Below are positions 27,850 to 39,227 of a DNA stretch of 64,000 nucleotides, piece by piece (within the stretch, counting starts at the first letter, position 1; each line of letters starts with the position of its first letter). The position numbers were made by a program, and so were the translations under genes. The stretch comes from Asterias rubens (taxonomy: Eukaryota): NCBI RefSeq assembly GCF_902459465.1, contig NC_047062.1, forward strand, positions 13,702,001 through 13,766,000, in the 5' to 3' direction. The notes under the pieces are model-generated. The model saw only the letters and a program-made list of their open reading frames with translations, did no database searches and was not told where the DNA came from.

Positions 27850-30800
27850 ATGGCGCGGCGGGAGATTCGTGAATGCACTCCGGTGCAGGAGAGCAAAACC
27901 CAACACATCTCAGCTTTTGTCAGATCAAATGGCTTTTATGCAACTACCGATCTACCGTTCAGAGTCACGAAAGAGACCAACTGGGACTGTCTAAGCGATG
28001 AGGTAATATCAAAATAAATAAATATAATACTGTTTGTGTTTTAAGCCTATCCACGTGTGCATTTTCCTAGTGTATTTTTTTATTATCAGATATACACCCA
28101 AAAGACTTGCCGTTGCGCACAAAAACAGATTGATTTTATTTTGCGAGGTGTTTGCACTCTCTTAGAATTTAGTATGGAAATATTAACTGCTATGCGGGGC
28201 ACAGTTAAAATTATAGGCCCAAGGTGATGTAAACACCATGAGGGCGAAGCTGAGGGAATAGCCATGGTTGTGAAATCACCGAGGGCCTATAATTTTAACT
28301 GTGCCCCGATTACTAAGCAGTCAATATTTATTTTGTATACCGAATAAAGATTCCTGTAATCAACAAAACTGACAAAGGTGAAAGGTCGTCTGCGAAGAAA
28401 GGAGTCGCGACGTGACACGGAACGTCGTATGTACCATAATCATTATCAGTACACACGAACAACCTATTTGCGACCGTTGTTTTCAGGGCGGGCATAGTAT
28501 AGTCGATTGACTATGCCTTGGGCATAGTCAACTATGACGTCATCTTAATAGAAAAGCGGGCATAGACTCCATTTTTAACCAATCGGATTAGAGGATTCTA
28601 TAAATGAGGTATATTTTAAATTATATTGTTTAACTAGGCAACGTCGACTATTTTATTGTAGAGAGTTGAGCAACCTCGTTAAATGTGATGGGAGTGAACA
28701 CGATTTCTGGGTTGTGCGGTCATTGATGAAGAATGTGATAGGCTTACCGCACTGTAGCGGTGGAATGAAGATGGCTGTCCATTATAAGAAAAAAACATTA
28801 TCTCATTTTTTTTTGATAAAAAAAATTGCCGGATACTTCCCCAGGTGAGGCTCGAACTCACAACCTTTGCATATCCTCACAGCAACGCGTTTGGTTACTG
28901 TCTATAAGTACAACGCGCTAACCGATTGTGCTACCGGGGACGACATGGATGTGAACCACCACTCTTGAGTCTTGAGTCAAGTAATCCCTGTAGCAGTTCT
29001 CGAAGGAAACTTAAATGGGATGGTGCATCAGGTTCCGTCACTGGTCAAAATGTGCAAGTGAAGGTGAACTAATGTTTAATGGATGTGCAAGTAAACAGCA
29101 CAAGTGATTTACAGGAGCCTTGAAAACCATTCACATGTTATTTATGGACTTTCATATTTTTTTTGTGTATTCTATGGGATTCTTCTATGGGGGGGCCCGT
29201 TTGTTTGAAGTGGGCGTGGCTGACACGAACAAGAATGGGCGTTATAGGGCCTGCGCCAAACACTGGCACGTCGAGCTGTGTCATTCATTAATGACAAAAT
29301 CATAACGATAATATTCCGAATTATTCGACAATAATGTCCAATATGTCCAATGGTGTTAAATGGCGTTATTTGTTTTGTTTTTAAGCCGGAGCCATGCCAA
29401 AGTTGGGTTTCGAAAACGGCCAGTCAGGAATGACGTCAGAATGAATTTGGCTAATTGTGGTAGTGGGAATATTGTGGTGATAACGGTGTTTGGAATTGTG
29501 AGTGAACGGGACTGAATGAAGACGTGAAAACACTTCATTTCTTTATCACAAGGTTTTTCCCTCTGTGTTTATATAAAGATCTTCAAGACAATTCATGACA
29601 TCTCTCTGTCCGATTGCAAGCTGTCGACAGTTCCTCTTGCGGTTGCATCCATGACGCAACTAACCCGGCTCTACCTGACGTACAACGATATGTCCAAGCT
29701 ACCTAAAGAATTCGCTGACCTGATCAATCTTCAAATCTTGAATCTTGGATTTAATTCATTCAAGGAAATCCCAGATGTGGTGTTTGAGTTGAGGGAGCTG
29801 AAAGTGTTGTACTTGAAGAACAACTCAATCACATCTGATGGAGTAGGTGAGGACGTGGAGACCAAACTGAAAACGGAATTGTTTGTAGGTCTTACTCAAA
29901 TCCCCACCATTTTTCGAATTCACATGGGATACATGTAGATTTAAAGGCAGTGGACACTATTGGTAATTATACTCAAAATAATTATTAGCATAAAACCTTT
30001 CTTGGTGATGAGTAATGGAGAGAGGTTGATGGTATAAAACATTGTGAGAAACGGCTCCCTCTGAAAAGTCATAGTTTTCGAGAAAGAAGTAATTTTCCAC
30101 GAATTTGATTTCGAGACCTCAGATTTAGAACTTGAGGTGTCGAAATCAACCATCTAAACGCACACAACTTCGTCTGACAAGGGTGTTTTTTCTTTCACTA
30201 TTATCTCGCAAGTTCGATGACCGATTGAGCTCAAATTTTCACAGGTTTGTTATTTTATGCATATGTTGAGATACACCAACTGTGAAGGCTAGTCTTTGAC
30301 AATTACCAATAGTGTTCACTGCCTTTAATATAAATAAGTGTAAACATGAACATTTTCTCAAACTGTGGCGCCCTCTTTTGAAATGTTGAACTGACGTGCA
30401 CATGTGCCCTTTTGGACACATCGCTAGTGTTTGTCGCAGTGGTAGCGCATTCTAACAGCTCTTCTGCAACTCTCGCGATACTGCCGTTGTCTTTGGAGAC
30501 TTCTCTCTCGTAAGACTACTGCTCTCGTGCGAAAACTACTGCCCCATTTAAAGGAAATGGACACTTGGTAATTTTCCAAAATAATTGTTAGCATAAAACT
30601 TACTGGACGGGCAATGGAAAGCTGTTGATTGTATAATACATTGTAAGTAACGTCTACCTCTGAAATAACGTTTTTTGAGGAAAAGGTAATTTCTCACTCA
30701 AATTACAAGGCTTGAAGCCTCTTTTTAGATATCTGGAAGCATATACACAAATGGCAACCAGGCAGCTTCAACTTCGATGACTAATTGAGCCACAATTTTC

Positions 30801-33800
30801 ACAGGTTTGTTGTTTGAATGCATGTGTTGGGATACACCAAGTGAGGGTATACTGGTCTTTGACAATTACCCAAAGTGTCCGTGGTTAAGAGAGCCGTAGT
30901 CGCGATCTCTCCGGAGAGCAGTCTCGCGAGACCACCGTCGTGAAATTCGCGGAGAGGGTCGATTCGGTACGCTATCGCCGCCACTTTTCCACCAATCTAA
31001 CGTTCTCTTAAAATAGCCTTGTTTCAGGGTATCATTTTTGTTGATGCATTTCAGGTCCTCATTTACAGAATTTGATAAATCTTGAAGAACTATATCTTGG
31101 AAACAACCAACTGAAAACGTTTCCTGAGTCAGCCTGCAAATTGAAGGAAATTCGCCTTCTCTCTCTCTCCAGCAATAGGATAAGGGAGGTTCCACCCACT
31201 ATCAAGGAAATGAAGGTATGACTAAACCGGTATTCGTCGATGAGCCCTTTTCATAGCATTTGCTGTAAAACAAAACAAAAACAGGTTTCCTACCAACCCA
31301 TGAGGCACCCTTTTTGACTGATCTGCAGTTTCCGTGCGCGTCACTTGATTGTCAAGGTTATCATTCGGCCATTAAAAAGCCTGTTTTATTCCGTGCCGTC
31401 TCTCAGCCAAGGTACAGTGTGTTACCTGCAATTGTGCTGTACTGGACAAGTGTCATGATCTGGATTTGAACCAAAACCCTGCTAACTTGCCGAACAAAAC
31501 TGTCGTCCAGTTTACTGAACACTCGACAATTCTCAGTCATGAGAAGGTACACTTTATTTGACGCACTGAACCTTTCGACTGAGAAAATCGCAATTGAGGT
31601 TTATTTGGTATAGTTATATGCGCACCTTTCCTTCGTTGAAATAATTATTGGTTTTTATTCCATCGATACTCAGACGTTTTGTTTAGGTATTTGCTGCACG
31701 TATATTTGCTGGCAACTTATAGGGCAACGAAAATCAACAAGGAGCACTTTTGATAGCAAACTCTATACATCCCTTCAGAAAATTGATGTGAAAACGTTGA
31801 AATGTGGATGGCTTTTCATCATAGAGATTGCCTGAAACATTTTTTGCATGTTAGATTTGAATAATGTCCGGTACAATGACGTGCTTGATCACCCCGGTTA
31901 AACTTGAATTCATCAGACTGTATAAGAGACAGTTGCTATGTCACACGATTCGGTGCAAGATTTGCGTAGTTACGTAAGAGACGATGAAGATCCAGTACAC
32001 AATTCTGAATGGGTGTGTATTGGACAATGGTACCAGGGTTGGCTCATCTGGAGGTTGATATACAAAAGCTTGCCAGGAACCATTTTTAAATGCATACTTA
32101 TTTTGCTTTAGTCTGAGGAATTCAAATGTAGCGGTAGGTGTGACTATTAAAAACAAGTCATTGTACCAGACATTTTCAAATCTAACTGGCAAATGACTTA
32201 TTACCTCGTGGGTTATGGCCGCACTCCTTCCTCCTCATTGTTTTTTCACTTGAAAAGAATCTGACGGTCCTAACCATGCGCTCCAATCGACTGCAACGTG
32301 TTCCCGGTGTGATCGGTGGCCTAACATCTTTGGAATCGTTATGCTTTGCTCAAAACATGATCACGGTTTTTCCATTTGAAAAGGTACGTTGTCTCAAAGC
32401 ACTGGACACGCTTGGTAACTCAAAATATGATTTATTTGGTAACGAGCAACGAAGAGCTATATTGCTATGAAACATTGTGAGAAACAACTTCCTTTGAAGT
32501 TTTTGAGAGAGGGGTAATTTCTCACTCAAAAATTTGGTTCTGAAAAAGACTTCAGGCTTGAAGCCTTTCTCGAGCATCTGAAAGCACATAATGGGTGTTT
32601 TCTTTTCCCGTTTGTCACATTTTTTAAAATTGAATTCGCAGGTTGGGATACACTAAGTGAAAATACTGGTATTTGAGATTTTATTTTACCAAACGTTTCC
32701 AGTGCGTTTAATATGTTCTCTCTTTTAGCAAATTTTCGTTTCGAAACAGATATTATTACAGGAACCTTGGGTGATGCTTGATGTTCGCTTTGCTTTATAT
32801 AACTTCTTACATTATGAGATGTTCGTATATTTTCATGGGTATTATGGTATTATTGTTACCATTACCGTCTACTGAATAGAATATCGGATACAGTTACACT
32901 TTTTGTATGATATTACCAAATTCTGGCCCAACCTATAAGCCTAAATGGTATTTTTTGTCAACTTGGACACAGTGATCATCTTTTTATCACATTTTTTAAC
33001 AGCTTAACAAACTCCAAAAGCTGCGTGATTTATGTTTGCATGGCAATCGACTTGACGATGGAGAAATCCTTGAAAACATGAGTACGAAACTCGCTGAGCG
33101 TGAATGCATGCTACGAGCCGAAGAAAATAGAGTTGCCCTGCCCAGACGAGGTGGTGAGTGAATTGTTTATCGTCCCATCCCTTCTCTCAGAACCGAATCT
33201 CCTAAAAGTTGTCAACACCTACTTGTTTACAAACTACAAAGAACGAAAACGTGTCTGCAAACAAGTAGTCTTGGCCCAAGACCTCAGTAATTGATTTGGG
33301 CCACTGTACTTACTGCGCTCGGTTGTAAATCGTTACAGCGCGCCCTCTTGCGGCAAAATTTAACCAGCTTGATTGGCTCTCCAGTCGAGTCTGTTGCAGT
33401 ACATAACACTATCCACTATCGATCACTAACTTCTTGGTCCAAGACTAACATTTATCGAGCTCTGAAATTATTAAATAATTATATTTCCCTTTTCAACTAC
33501 CTGAGAGACCTTGCAATCCATTTTGAGGTAAATAAATAAATACAAATACAGCTGATTTTTTATTTTTTTCCAAAATTGAGAATTCCTAGATCACAATCAC
33601 TTCTTCTCTTCGAAAAGATTAAAGGAACACGTTGCCTTGGATCGGTCGAGTTGGTCTTTAAAAAGCGTTTGTAACCGTTTGTTACATAGAATGCATATGA
33701 TGAGAAATATATTTTAAAAGTAGAACATAATGATCCACACAAATATGCCTCGAAATGGCTGTCGACCGTGTTAGTTTGCAAAGCAAAAGGAAAACCACGC

Positions 33801-35352
33801 AGTTTCAAAGCATATTCTACTTTTAAAACATCTTTCCAACCATATGAATTTCATAACAAACGGTTACAAACGCTTAGACCAACTCGTCCGATCCAAGGCA
33901 ACGTGTTCCTTTAACTTATTTGTTTTTTCCTCAGTGGTTTTATCAAGTTTGGGTTTTGTATTCGTTCGTTCCAGGTGTTTGTGACGGCGTTTTCAAGGTG
34001 TGGCATAAAGACTTTTTGTGGATTCATGATGGTGGTAAATCAGTGACTACGTGGATTGGTGAAGTGTCAGAACTACTGAAAACGAAACAACTCTCGTCAA
34101 AGGTAAACCAATTGTTTCGACTATTGTAACAAGACTTTGGAATTGTATCTGTTTTTGAAATAAGCTTGGCGCATGAATATTTTGTGGATGAACATTGATC
34201 CAATGAAATCGTTGTATCAAATGAAACTCTGGGGACAGTCTAGGGTGTGTATAGCCCGATGCAGGCACTGGCGTTTTGCGTGGCTGATGCAGACAATAAC
34301 CGCGATCTCAAGTCCAATCTCAATTTAAATCAACAGCCAATCGGAATATGTTTAGTTATTAAAGGCAGTCGGCACTATTGGTAATTAATCAAAATAATTA
34401 TCAGCATAAAACCTTACTTGGTAACAATTAATGGGGAGAGGTTGATAGTATGAACATTGTGAGAAACGGCTCCCTCTGGACGTAGTTTTTGAGAAAGAAG
34501 TAATTTTCCACGAATTTGATTTCGAGACCTGAAGTTTAGAATTTGAGGTCTCAAAATCAAGCATCTGAAAGCACACAACTTCGTGTGACAAGGGTGTTTT
34601 TTCTTTCATAGTTATCTCGCAACTCCGACGACCAATCAAGCTCAAATTTTCCCAGGTTTGTTATTTGTGCATAATGTAGAGATACACAAGTGCGAAGACT
34701 AGTCTTTGACAATGGGAGACTTTCTGGGACGATAGAGGGCAGCAGACTTACCGGGTAAATCCATTGTTCTCAGAATTATGCGCATGTTCAGAACTACGTA
34801 AACAATGAAAATTTACCCGGTATGTCTGCTGCCACCTAGCGTTGGAAAGTCTCCTATTACCAATAGTGTCCACTGTCTTTAATAGCAAATTAATTGTACA
34901 TAACACAATCTGTGTCGTTATAAGGACACAATGTTTTTAAACAAGACCTAGGGTTTTATGTTCCCTTGTTTATGTTTTCTTTCTCTTGAAAGGATTGCAA
35001 TGTAGGTCTCTCATCTCAAGACATGACCAGCGCAAAAGATTATTCCAACACCAGTCGTGTGGTGTGTGTGGTCTGCACTCAGGAAATGTGTGACCTTCTC
35101 AAAGATGAGACGAATAGTACAGCCAAGATAGTTAAAAGTGTGATAGAATATCGTGCGTCTTCCTCCGTTTCAGTCATTTTTGACAAAACATGTTATATAG
35201 CCCAGATGCTTTTTCGTCTCACAAACCGTGATAACATCATTTGCAGACATGAGAGCAATAACAAGAACGACACGTTTTGTAAAGAGCTTATCAAACTGAT
35301 GGTTCAAATCATTGGACAAAGGATGGGACCGTTATGCCATGGCAGGCATTAA
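27850..35352 (+). CDS. Leucine-rich-repeat protein with C-terminal TIR-like domain, about 448 aa, 7 exons (27850-28002, 29579-29846, 31055-31215, 32258-32383, 33003-33153, 33975-34102, 34993-35352)
   Basis: Exon lengths 153+268+161+126+151+128+360 = 1347 nt. All six junctions are GT-AG and phase-matched (0,1,0,0,1,0). Start context AAGATGGCG. About 9 LxxLxLxxNxLxxLP repeats (e.g. LTRLYLTYNDMSKLP, LQILNLGFNSFKEIP, LEELYLGNNQLKTFP, IRLLSLSSNRIREVP). The LRR exons are secure; exon 1 and the last two exons are inferred from frame and splice compatibility. Confidence 0.78.
28178..28329. repeat. Long inverted repeat (probable DNA-transposon end or MITE)
   Basis: Perfect 26-bp arms 28195-28220 / 28283-28308 plus outer arms 28178-28191 / 28316-28329. 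Confidence 0.75.
28837..28940 (-). tRNA. tRNA-Ile(TAT): tRNA-Ile(TAT) with 30-nt intron (28873-28902)
   Basis: Acceptor stem TCCCCGG/CTGGGGA, A box TAGCACAATCGG, anticodon arm TTGTA-CTTATA[intron]A-TGCAA, T arm GTGAG-TTCGAGC-CTCAC, intron after position 37, oligo-T terminator about 12 nt downstream. One A-C mismatch in the D stem. Confidence 0.88.
29945..30324. mobile_element. TTAA MITE, main family, LRR gene intron 2
   Basis: Full TIRs, TTAA on both sides, 380 bp. Confidence 0.88.
30552..31007. mobile_element. Two abutting TTAA elements (30552-30884 main-family variant; 30889-31007 GAGA...TCTC type)
   Basis: TTAA at 30548, 30885 and 31008; second element has GAGAGCCGTAG / CTAACGTTCTC ends. 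Confidence 0.6.
32396..32711. mobile_element. Degenerate main-family MITE, LRR gene intron 4
   Basis: actggacacgcttggtaa...aaacgtttccagtgcgtttaa with family internal motifs. Confidence 0.65.
33623..33910. mobile_element. AGGAACACG-type TTAA MITE
   Basis: About 35-bp TIR AGGAACACGTTGCCTTGGATCGGTCGAGTTGGTCT with one mismatch; TTAA on both sides. Confidence 0.88.
34363..34878. mobile_element. Main-family TTAA MITE with nested 142-bp AT-TSD MITE (34714-34855)
   Basis: Host empty site GACAATTACC appears as GACAAT-[GGGAGAC...GTCTCCT]-ATTACC. Confidence 0.85.
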
Positions 35353-35967
35353 AGACAGCGAACCAGCGCGTGTAGATTTAAGTATTTTGGGTGTACCGCT
35401 GACACGTTTGTTGAGGGGAACTGGACAATAAATACTTCTACTTTAAGGGGAGGATGGGGGTCAATGAGGGGGTCAAACAATTTTTTACTCAACAGCAGTT
35501 TTTTTTAGTTGTAACTTTACCCCTTCAGTGCCTAATCATGTTCAACAATTTTTAGTATTTGTATATCTTTACATATTTTTGTATAAGAAATTGGTTTTAA
35601 AGTAATAATAATAGAATGGCATTTCCATGAACCAGAGAGTATACAATATCTCGGGGTACATCGTCTTTTGCTGCAAAACCGGAAAGGTCCCGGACTTAAA
35701 AACAGCAGCATTTGTCACACACTCTTACTAACATTATACTGTTGGTACTGGTACTATAGGTGGGTCGGCGCACTTTTGGGTTACCCGCTCACTTTTATTT
35801 TGGTGAAAAGGGAGAAGACTATTAACATCAATTTCATAAAGTTGCAAATGATTGCTTACAATTGTTCTGTTTGCCGAAATGAGCAGGCCACCAGTCACAC
35901 ATTGGACATTATTGTGACATGCAATAATTTTTTCATTATAGCCTGCCTTCGTTTTGAGTAGCTTTAA

Positions 35968-36335
35968 AGGCAGTGGACACTCAAAATAGTTATTAGCATA
36001 AAACCTTTCTCGGTAACAGGTAATTGGGAGCTGTTTATAGTATAACACATTGTGAGAAAGGACACCCTCTGAAGTGACGTAGTTTTCGAGAAAGAAGTAA
36101 TTTTCCACGAAGTTGATTTCGAGACCTCAGATTTAGAATTTGAGGTCTCGAAATCAAGCATCTGAAAGCACACAACTTCGTGCGACAAGGGTGTTTTTTC
36201 TTTCATTATCTCGCAATTTCGACGACCGATTCAGCTCAAATTTTCACAGGTTTGTTATTTTATGTATAATTTTCATGTTAAAATACACCAACTGTAGAGA
36301 CTGGTTTTTGACAATTACCAACTGTGTCCAGTGTT
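35968..36335. mobile_element. Main-family TTAA MITE
   Basis: Left TIR after TTAA; family internal sequence; right end degraded. Confidence 0.78.
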
Positions 36336-36500
36336 AGCAACTCTACGAAATTATTAAGGTTATGTAACGTATGGTGGCAAAAATAACAAAAATCACTAAT
36401 ATCAATTTTGGAAGAGTTATCTGTAGGATTTTGGTTGCTTTTTATAATAGCATAGTTTGTTTAAACTAATGATGTTCCCAAAATGCAACACTGCAGTTAA

Positions 36501-36800
36501 AGTCACCTGGAAATAGAATTTTTTTTTCTTTCAAACATAAGAGTATATGCTTATGAACAATAAAACAATTTTTTTTAGTAATTGTTTGTCACGATTTATA
36601 TGTTTAAAAAACATATAAGTCTACCTCGATTGACGTCACGAACAGCGCCCTCTCGGGTCGGGGTCTACTCTTAAATTGTAAATAACATAAGAACTGATTT
36701 TTTTAAACCTTAGTTAACTGTTTATTCACATTCCACTCATCAAAACACATATATTAGTGACAAAAGCTTTATTTTGAAAAAATACCACTTCCAGGTGACT
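36501..36800. mobile_element. AGTCACCTGGAA-type TTAA MITE
   Basis: TIRs and TTAA on both sides; inverse of 19110-19440. Confidence 0.85.
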
Positions 36801-37284
36801 TTAAAGTTTGTTGGAGTGTTTTACGTAGTTTTTAATTGCACTTTTTCTGTTCTTCTTCTCACTCGTATTCTTAATGGAAGAAATTGTTCACAACTTCCTT
36901 CATGGTGAGCATTTGTTTCTGGTATTAACCTACCTAATAGTGGGTTTGTGTAGTGATTAAGAATGTAATAAGAAAGTAGAGATAATTATACAAATACTTA
37001 ATGTTATTTAACTTAAATACCACACAAATTTATATACTTTCAAAGCTTGTTTTATGAACTTTATATTAAGTTGATAAACAGTGTGTGTTATTTCGGTTTG
37101 TGGGTTGGGGTGGCGTTGTTGTATAACTGATTAAACGTCGAAGGGCGTGTCCGACTTGACCTGGCTTCAGCAGTGTACGATTAGAATGCTGAAAAAACAT
37201 AAGGGGCTTACTCAATAAGAGTGTCGCTGCAGCCAATAGCCGTAGCCGAAGCAAACTTATTCGGACGTATACTAATGTATTTCA

Positions 37285-37423
37285 TTTTGGGGTTTCTACC
37301 CATCGATGTGTGTTAGTACTGATAGTACTTTCCTGAGTTCTGCGATAAAATCATAGGCATATTACTGAGGTGTGATTCGAACCCACGACCTTTGCAATTC
37401 CAGAGCAGTGTCATACCATCTAG
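37285..37423 (-). mobile_element. tRNA-derived SINE (degenerate)
   Basis: Reverse complement of the 27018 SINE head and tail (gattcgaacccacgacctttgcaattccagagcagtgtcatacc). Confidence 0.72.
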
Positions 37424-37579
37424 ATGCTACATCTTATGTATTTCATTTTGTAGATACGCCATCTTCATTTTAAACTGGATGTGCAAAACACTTTTCTTAA
37501 ACTTTATAAAAACAAAAACTATTGCTTTAAAAAAAAAAAAAAAAAAAAATTGTTTGCTAAGTATAGTTTTAACACTTAA

Positions 37580-37966
37580 AGGCACTGGACACTATTGGTA
37601 CACTCATTGAATCTTTGTTAGCATAAAAACTTACTTGGTAACAAGCAATGGGAGGCTGTTGATAGTATTATATTAAACATTTTGAGAAACGGCTCCTTCT
37701 AAAGTAGCGTATAGTTTTCGAGAAAGAAGTAATTTTCCGAGAATTTTTATTTCGAGACCCCAGAATTGATTTTGAGGTCCCGAAATCAAGCATCTAAAAA
37801 GTACACAACTTCGTGTGACGAGGGTGTTTTTTCCCCATTATTATCTCGCACCTTCGACGACCAATTCAGTTCAAATTTTACATGTTTGTTATTTTGTGCA
37901 TTTGTTGAGGAGTTACATCAAGTGAGAATACTGGTCTGTGACAATTACCAAAGGTGTCCAGTGTCT
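37580..37966. mobile_element. Main-family TTAA MITE
   Basis: TIRs and TTAA on both sides. Confidence 0.82.
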
Positions 37967-39040
37967 TTAAAAGTCGTACAAATGAGTGTAATTTGATTAA
38001 TAATATTTTCTAGAATTAGCCTTTAGGTCTACTACTCCGTGTCAATACAGGTAAACTCTGTCAACTGGCCTGTACTGAAGTTTTGTTTGCCTTTTAAGTT
38101 CAGATCGGTTTTGGATGCAAAAGTGCTAGCGGTTGGCGTGTGATGTTTTCGTTTTTCGAGTAGCTATTATTTTTGTACCTTTTTTTTAAATAAAAGCTTG
38201 AAACACCAGTTATGGATTCATAATCCGTGTCATTTGCCAATGTTGCTGTGCACTGGTGTTTTCTTTCACTTATTTTCTACTTTCTCCTCATTTAGGTGTG
38301 GGTTTACCATTGGGAGTCAAAAGAGGGCGCTACCAGAAAAGATTTCTACGTGACCAAAATCTCCCGTGGCGGTCAGCAGACAAACACTGTGAAAAAAGAA
38401 CCGATGGGGAAAATGGTTGATTGTGAGAAGATTAGTCGAAAACAAATATAAAGGTTAAAAAGACTCATGCTTGCCTTGTTCGTTTTGGGGAATACGGAAG
38501 AGTGATCAATAATCCCACCCCCTCTCAATAATTGATATCAGATTGTATCAATGCATTCATTGTTGAAAACGGCATATACTTTCAAACAGCGCCCTCTTTT
38601 GGAATCTGAGAGATTCTTGACCTATGGAGATGAAGATTAGGCCCTAAAATGACACATGCATTTTTCAACCTATACAACTATTTTCAGTTGATGAAAACAA
38701 TCAGAGATGAAATATGTATAAAGTATTTTCTACAATTGTATTGTAAATAATATAGCCAGGTTGGATGATGTTCGTACTGAATTGAAAGTCTTCCTCCATA
38801 CTCCAACCTCAAATCATAGAGTAAGGATCTCAAATTTACTGATTGGGGTTTCATTTCCTTCCTCAAATACCGGATACTATAATGTCATAATATAAAATAA
38901 TACAAATCGTCGCTCCAGCTGTAAATTATGATAATACCAAAGTGCTGGTGGCAGGAATACTAATGAATACTTGAGCAGTAAGCATGAATGAACTTGGCTC
39001 GAGTCCAAATCAATTAACTTGCAACGTCATAGCTATATAT

Positions 39041-39227
39041 ACCCCGCCTTGCTACGTCACTCAAGCGGGTACACACATTCTCGTAGATTCTCGGACACAC
39101 ACGTGATTGGTTCTCCGAAAAGAGATGACAACAAACACATAACATTAGCTTCCGATCGGAAAGGCGGAATTTTCTGGACATTGACGGCGAACAAACCTTA
39201 TCTAACGTTGGATTTCGGCATTAAAAG
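39041..39227 (+). promoter_or_regulatory. Candidate promoter and non-coding first exon of the downstream plus-strand gene
   Basis: CpG-richer patch with GC box CCCCGCC (39042-39048), CRE-like TACGTCAC (39053-39060), E-box CACGTG (39100-39105) and inverted CCAAT (39106-39110), followed by a strong donor AAG|GTAGGT at 39227/39228. Confidence 0.4.

Noticed and set aside
29847-29938. ORF extension past the LRRs (EDVETKLKTELFVG...)
   Set aside because: Read-through into intron 2; donor G|GTGAGG at 29846 joins in phase to the next LRR exon.
29941-30153. Recurrent ORFs with FETSNSKSEVSKSNSWKITSFSKT (also 34385-34645, 35964-36206, 40993-41184, 44054-44260)
   Set aside because: Translations of the main MITE family, not a gene family or transposase.
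33934-33985. Alternative acceptor (cctcag) for LRR gene exon 6
   Set aside because: Gives a short frame ending in a stop; the acceptor at 33974 preserves the long TIR-like frame, so it was preferred, though minor use is not excluded.
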